Positions 59,496-64,000 of a stretch of DNA of 64,000 bases are shown here, one piece after another. The stretch is from Phaeosaccion multiseriatum (taxonomy: Eukaryota > Protista > Ochrophyta, other classes): assembly GCA_965112735.1 (NCBI GenBank), contig OZ218962.1, positions 3,162,001 to 3,226,000 on the forward strand, in the 5' to 3' direction. The position numbers and the translations under genes are program-made. A model generated the notes under the pieces. That model was given only the letters and a program-made list of their open reading frames with translations. It did no database searches and was not told the origin of the DNA. How positions within the stretch are numbered: the stretch's first letter is position 1; each line of letters starts with the position of its first letter.

Positions 59496-60931
59496 GCATG
59501 GCTTGACTTGTGCATGCTGCTGCTCAGAGCAGCAGCAACGGTGTAGACCTGAGGGGGGAGGGGGGGCGCAGAGAAGGAGACCTTGCCGCACCATCGAGTG
59601 CGAGGAGAAGGAATGCGATGGACTTGTGGGCTTTCTGCGGGTTGAGGGGCGGGGATGAGGGGCAGGCGCGAGTGCGGCAGTGGGGTGGGTAGAGCGGCGT
59701 CAGCAGCAGGACCACCACCATCAGCAGCACGAATCATTTGTTTCGGTCTTTCACCTCTTGTGCGGGAGGGCGGAGCAGCAGCAGCGCTGGTGCTCTTCTT
59801 TGGGCTGTGCCCTTTGCCGACCGACTCTGTACAGCGGGCGGATGCGGGCCATCGTCTGCAGGTATCACTTCGCAGTGAGCGGCGTAGACCTCGGGCTTGG
59901 GCCGCTAACGCGTGAATGGGGACAAACAATTACCATACCATCCTCGGTCTCCTCCAGCGCTGTCCCTGTGAGGGTCTGTGCCTTTCGTCGGCCCGTCGCC
60001 GGGTATCTCCGCAGCCGTGTTTTTACACACCCGGAGGCATCCTTCTTGTGGCTGACCCTACTGAATCCTTCGGTAGAAGCGAAGCTAGCCCTCTCTGACC
60101 GTTCTCTGACCGCTCCAATCGCACTCAGCGATCTTCCTGCTGGTCTGACTGTCGAGTCTGGCCCCTATCCGTCCCTCCCAACTCACCCCCCCCCCCAGGT
60201 GCTCTGTGTGTGTGTGGTGTGTGAATGAGCTTTGAACGCGCAGGGGAAGCTTTCTTGTCATGTACGACTGCACAAGTCAAACTTGTGGGGTTTGATATTG
60301 ATGTTGCCTTGTGTGGTTAGGACGCCAGCACCCTCCCACCCCGGATCTATCTATTTCCTATGTATTTCAAATGGTATGTACACGCCCCACAGAGGCATCT
60401 CAAAGTCCGCAGTGTCCCCCGATATGGACACTCGCTGCCGCTAGCCGCCGCCGCTGCCCCTCCAGAACCTCGACGATGTGATGATGTTAGAGGCATACGG
60501 TGTGCTTCCTCCGAGCCAAAGCACGCCGGCCGCTGCTGACATCAGCTCAGGCGTTACGCCATACGGTTGTCCGCCCGGTAGGCCGCGGCCCGGGCACACG
60601 CACCCACGCAGGCCCGCAGAGAAACAACTTCCTGCCAAACGTGACCATCCCCTCCGCCTCCATGTTGACTGCAGAGCCTCGCTTTCCCTCCTTCTCCGTC
60701 TCGTTCGTCGCGCCAACGTGAGCATAGAGCACAGCCAGCCCTCAGCCCCGCCTTGTCCACCACAAAGTAGTGGGCATCCGAGCCTCGTGAGGACCCAACA
60801 CTGCACAGCACAGCACAGCACGGAAGGTTTGGTGGCTGGGGCAGCGCTATAATGTATGGCACTACGAGCCCGAACCACAGGCATGCGGGCATATGGGCAG
60901 GAATGCGTCACAGCCGCACACCCCCGGCCTG

Positions 60932-60962
<31 letters not shown>

Positions 60963-61162
60963 AAAAATCCCCCCCCTCAGCAAAAGCCTCCGGCAGCAAA
61001 CGCTGTAAAAAAGCCCGCCCCACCCCCCACCCCCAAACTTCAAATCTTGTCTTGGCACACTAATTGGACCCTCTCCAGCCTTGCCCTAGTAGAGCAATTA
61101 GACCCTCCCTCGCCTTATGTGAGTAAGGCCCTCTTCGCCCACCTCCCCCGGGGGGGCCTTCG

Positions 61163-62889
61163 CTACGACACGACGCAGCAGCCCCCCTGGGCCTTGGCCG
61201 CCGCCTTCTCCGCGGCGCGAAAGACGGTGTCATCGTCGAGCCCAAAGGTGCGCTGGCGAGAGAGCACCACACCCTGCCCCTGCTGCCCCTGCTGCCCCCC
61301 CTCCACGCCCCCTGGGGCACTCCCTCCAATCCCGCCCCCGACTCTCCCGGAGGCCGAGTCAAGCTGACTGAGGCTGAGAGAACTCTCGCTGGGGGACGGG
61401 CCCCAAATGGCGCCGACGCTCTCCGTGGAGTAAAAGTAGCCCAACTCGGCGAAGCGGCCCTTGCCTGCCTTGTTCTTGTCGACCCCATTGGAGGTTGCCC
61501 CATCCCCCCCCTCGGGCCCGCCCTGTTGGGCCTTTTTGCCCCCCTGCTTGGCTGCGCCCCGTCCCGACGCCAGGCGCTCCTCCAACTGAGCACTGAGGAT
61601 ATCCATCTGTGAGGCGTCCACCTTCTCCGCGGCCCGAGGCAGCACGCGCAGCAGCATCGTGGCGAGAGACAGTCCCACGTTGAGCCCCTCTTTGGCGGAT
61701 GTGAAGAACCAACACGAGAGGCCGTGTCGCACACACAGCCCGTCGAGGTAGGCCGGCTGCAGGTAGGATGGGCGCTGCGCCTCGGTCATGGACAGGTCTG
61801 GGAGATGGCAGTGGATGGATAATGGAACCGCATGGGCCAAGCGAGGAGGGGAGAGGAATCGGCCCAGCGGGAAGGTAAGACCCACAGCAGCGGCGTGCGC
61901 CTCAAAGGTCCTAAGTAGAAGGCTCTAAAAAAAAATGCCATCCCCTGGCGCCCAACGCACCTATCTTGTTGATAAGCAGCGCAACGGGGATGCCCGCGCT
62001 CTCCCCCGAGCTGCGGCCCGTACGCTCGTCCAGCGACATCTTCCACGCGCCCACGCCCTCAAAGGAGGACGCGTCGGTAGCGGAGCACACCACAAAGGCG
62101 CCGTGAAGGGCTTTGCACACGCTGCCCTTGATCTCGCGCTGACCGCCGTCGTAGTGGGGCGTCTTCCACAGAGTCAGGCCTACTCGGTAGTCGCCCACTT
62201 TGAGCTGGGGAGGGAGGGAGGGAGGGAGGGAGGGAGGTGTAAGGAGAGAGAGGCCCTTCACCCACGAGTTGATCCCTCTTTCTCCTCCTTCACCCTCGGA
62301 CCGCCCATACACCTCTACCCCACCTGCTTCTGCGTAAAGTCCAGCGCGGCGGAGGGCTCGTGCTCCTCCATAAAGGGCTTCTGCGTAATGTTCCGTAAGA
62401 TGGAGCTCTTTCCGGTGACCCCATCCCCGCAGAGGAGAAGTGAGAGTTTGATGCCGTCGTTCTTGGCGTTGGTCGGCGACATGAAACGCTGTGCGCGCGA
62501 CTGGGAAGGTTTCCGTTGCAGCCGCCTGTCCGTGCAAAGGGGAGAGTAAGGGTGAGCGGAGAGGAGGGGAAAGGGGAGAGAGAAACAAACGCGTTTTCAC
62601 GCCGAGACGCAAGCTGACTTACCCTACGGACAGCTGCTTCCCTGTGGCCTGCAGGGAACTCGCCCTCCTGTGAGGAGGGGGGAAGGGAAACGGCCGAGAG
62701 CAAAGACATGTCAGCAATGGCATCCTCTCTCGATTGTCCCTCCCATACTCGCCATTGCCTTCCTGCCCCTTTTCCTCTTGCCTGCAGGACTCACCCTGTG
62801 GACAGCGGTGGCGGGGGGGCGGCGTGCCTGGCGGGGCCGCCGCTGCTGCTGCTGCTGCGGGGGATGGGGCGTGGTGGCGACGACGACAT
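61163..62889 (-). CDS. Divergent Rab-like small GTPase (Rab32/29-like features), multi-exon, C-terminal CCVVS
   Basis: G1 GDGVTGKS, G4 NKID (across an intron), G5 WFFTSAK, AWKMSLD, IPVALL; prenylation-type end GGCCVVS*; in-frame exon chain from ATG 62889. Confidence 0.72.
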
Positions 62890-63299
62890 GGCCCCCTTCT
62901 GTTGCTGCTGGTACCACCACTTACTGCTTCCAAAGCTCCCACAGAAGCGTGTGTGCGTCTATGCCAACGATATTAAAGCAGCGACTATTCTGCGCAGGCT
63001 CCTGAGTGAGAGCTAAACCGCTCCTTCCCCCCACACCTGCAAAATGCTTTCGTGCCGTGTATGCCCTTCTCCCACAGATCACTCCGCGCTGTGTTGCTCT
63101 TTTCCCCTTTTTGCTCCACAACTTCGGGTTCTGTGGGAAGAATAAGGCAATGGGAAAGTCGACACGTTTTGGAACATCCCTTCCACCCCTCTGCTGCGTG
63201 CTTCGTGGGGTTGGGTCCTGGGCAAACCAACGTGAAGACAGAGTGGAATGAGGAGACCTATCGAGGCTGCTGCACAGAACGAGGAGCAGCGCCTTGGAA

Positions 63300-63630
63300 A
63301 TGGAGCCCAATGGCTTCTTTCGAGGGGCGAAGGGAGCCCAGATGCTGGCCCAGTTCAGGGCGGTGGCTGAGCATGACACACCGGAAGGACCAGCGTCAAG
63401 TCCTGGTGGAGCTGCGGAGGCAGGAGAGGCTTTTGGAAGGGCCGGACCGGAAGGAGGGCGTGGAGGACACACAGCGGGCGCGGTGGAGGCTTACACCGCT
63501 GCTGCTGCCGACGACTTTGCCAGGCGGAGGAGGAAGAGGAGCTTGCCTCTGCAGCTGACGCCCCTCCACTTCTCCCAAGAGGCGCTGCGGACGCTGCCCT
63601 TCCGCCTCGTACCTCAGAGAGACTCCTCAG
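63300..63630 (+). CDS. Possible first exon of an unknown gene (continues beyond window)
   Basis: ATG 63300 opens MEPNGFFRG..., candidate donor CAG|GTAGGT at 63631 followed by pyrimidine/(CACT)n intron-like DNA; divergent from the Rab-like gene. Confidence 0.35.
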
Positions 63631-63744
63631 GTAGGTGGTTGGTCTTCCTCCAATCTCCCCTCTCCCTCCCTAGCTCCCTCCCTCATTCCCTCCTTCTCTT
63701 TTCCTCATGTTCTAACTACCGAACCACTTCGCTCTATAATGTAA

Positions 63745-63970
63745 CTCACTCACTCCCTCCCTCCCTCACTCACTCACTCGCTCACTCGCTCACTCACTCG
63801 CTCACTCACTCACTCACTCACTCACTCACTCACTCACTCACTCACTCACTCACTCACTCACTCACTCACTCACTCACTCAACCACTCAACCACTCACTCA
63901 CTCACTACTCACTCACTCAGTCACTCACTCAGTCACTCACTCACTCACTCACTCACTCACTCCCTCACCC
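63745..63970. repeat. (CACT)n microsatellite
   Basis: Direct reading. Confidence 0.95.
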
Positions 63971-64000
63971 TCTCACTGACTCACCCTCTTACTCGCTCCA

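Noticed and set aside
59600-61100. Gene between RPS30 and the Rab-like gene
   Set aside because: Some splice-like sites and short ORFs, but no recognisable protein or consistent exon chain

Overview
GC-rich, intron-rich eukaryotic nuclear DNA, probably from a stramenopile (inferred from a CryptonS-type recombinase, WRKY19-like Cys/His finger arrays and a GDP-x/GVLGET secreted protein). Conserved genes: AAAP amino-acid transporter, CWC27 cyclophilin, RRP6, a tandem-USP protein, TMEM260/DUF2723, a RIOK3-like kinase with a UBA domain, eS30 and a divergent Rab-like GTPase. Two tandem gene arrays encode modular repeat proteins with hypervariable residues: four zinc-finger genes (1-7.4 kb) and three FNIP-repeat genes (16-24.6 kb). 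A transposon-dense island at 37-50.8 kb holds a TIR element carrying a 1.55 kb (GGGA)n tract, two TGT..ACA foldback elements with 4-bp TSDs, a recent non-autonomous LTR element with an apparent Tf1-like self-priming site and an internal 113-bp array, and an intact Crypton-type tyrosine recombinase element with a C-terminal PHD-like finger and palindromic end sites. A 15-bp motif (GCAGTTGGTGATACA) recurs in unrelated genes in different frames and strands. Exon boundaries were inferred by eye; no database searches were run.
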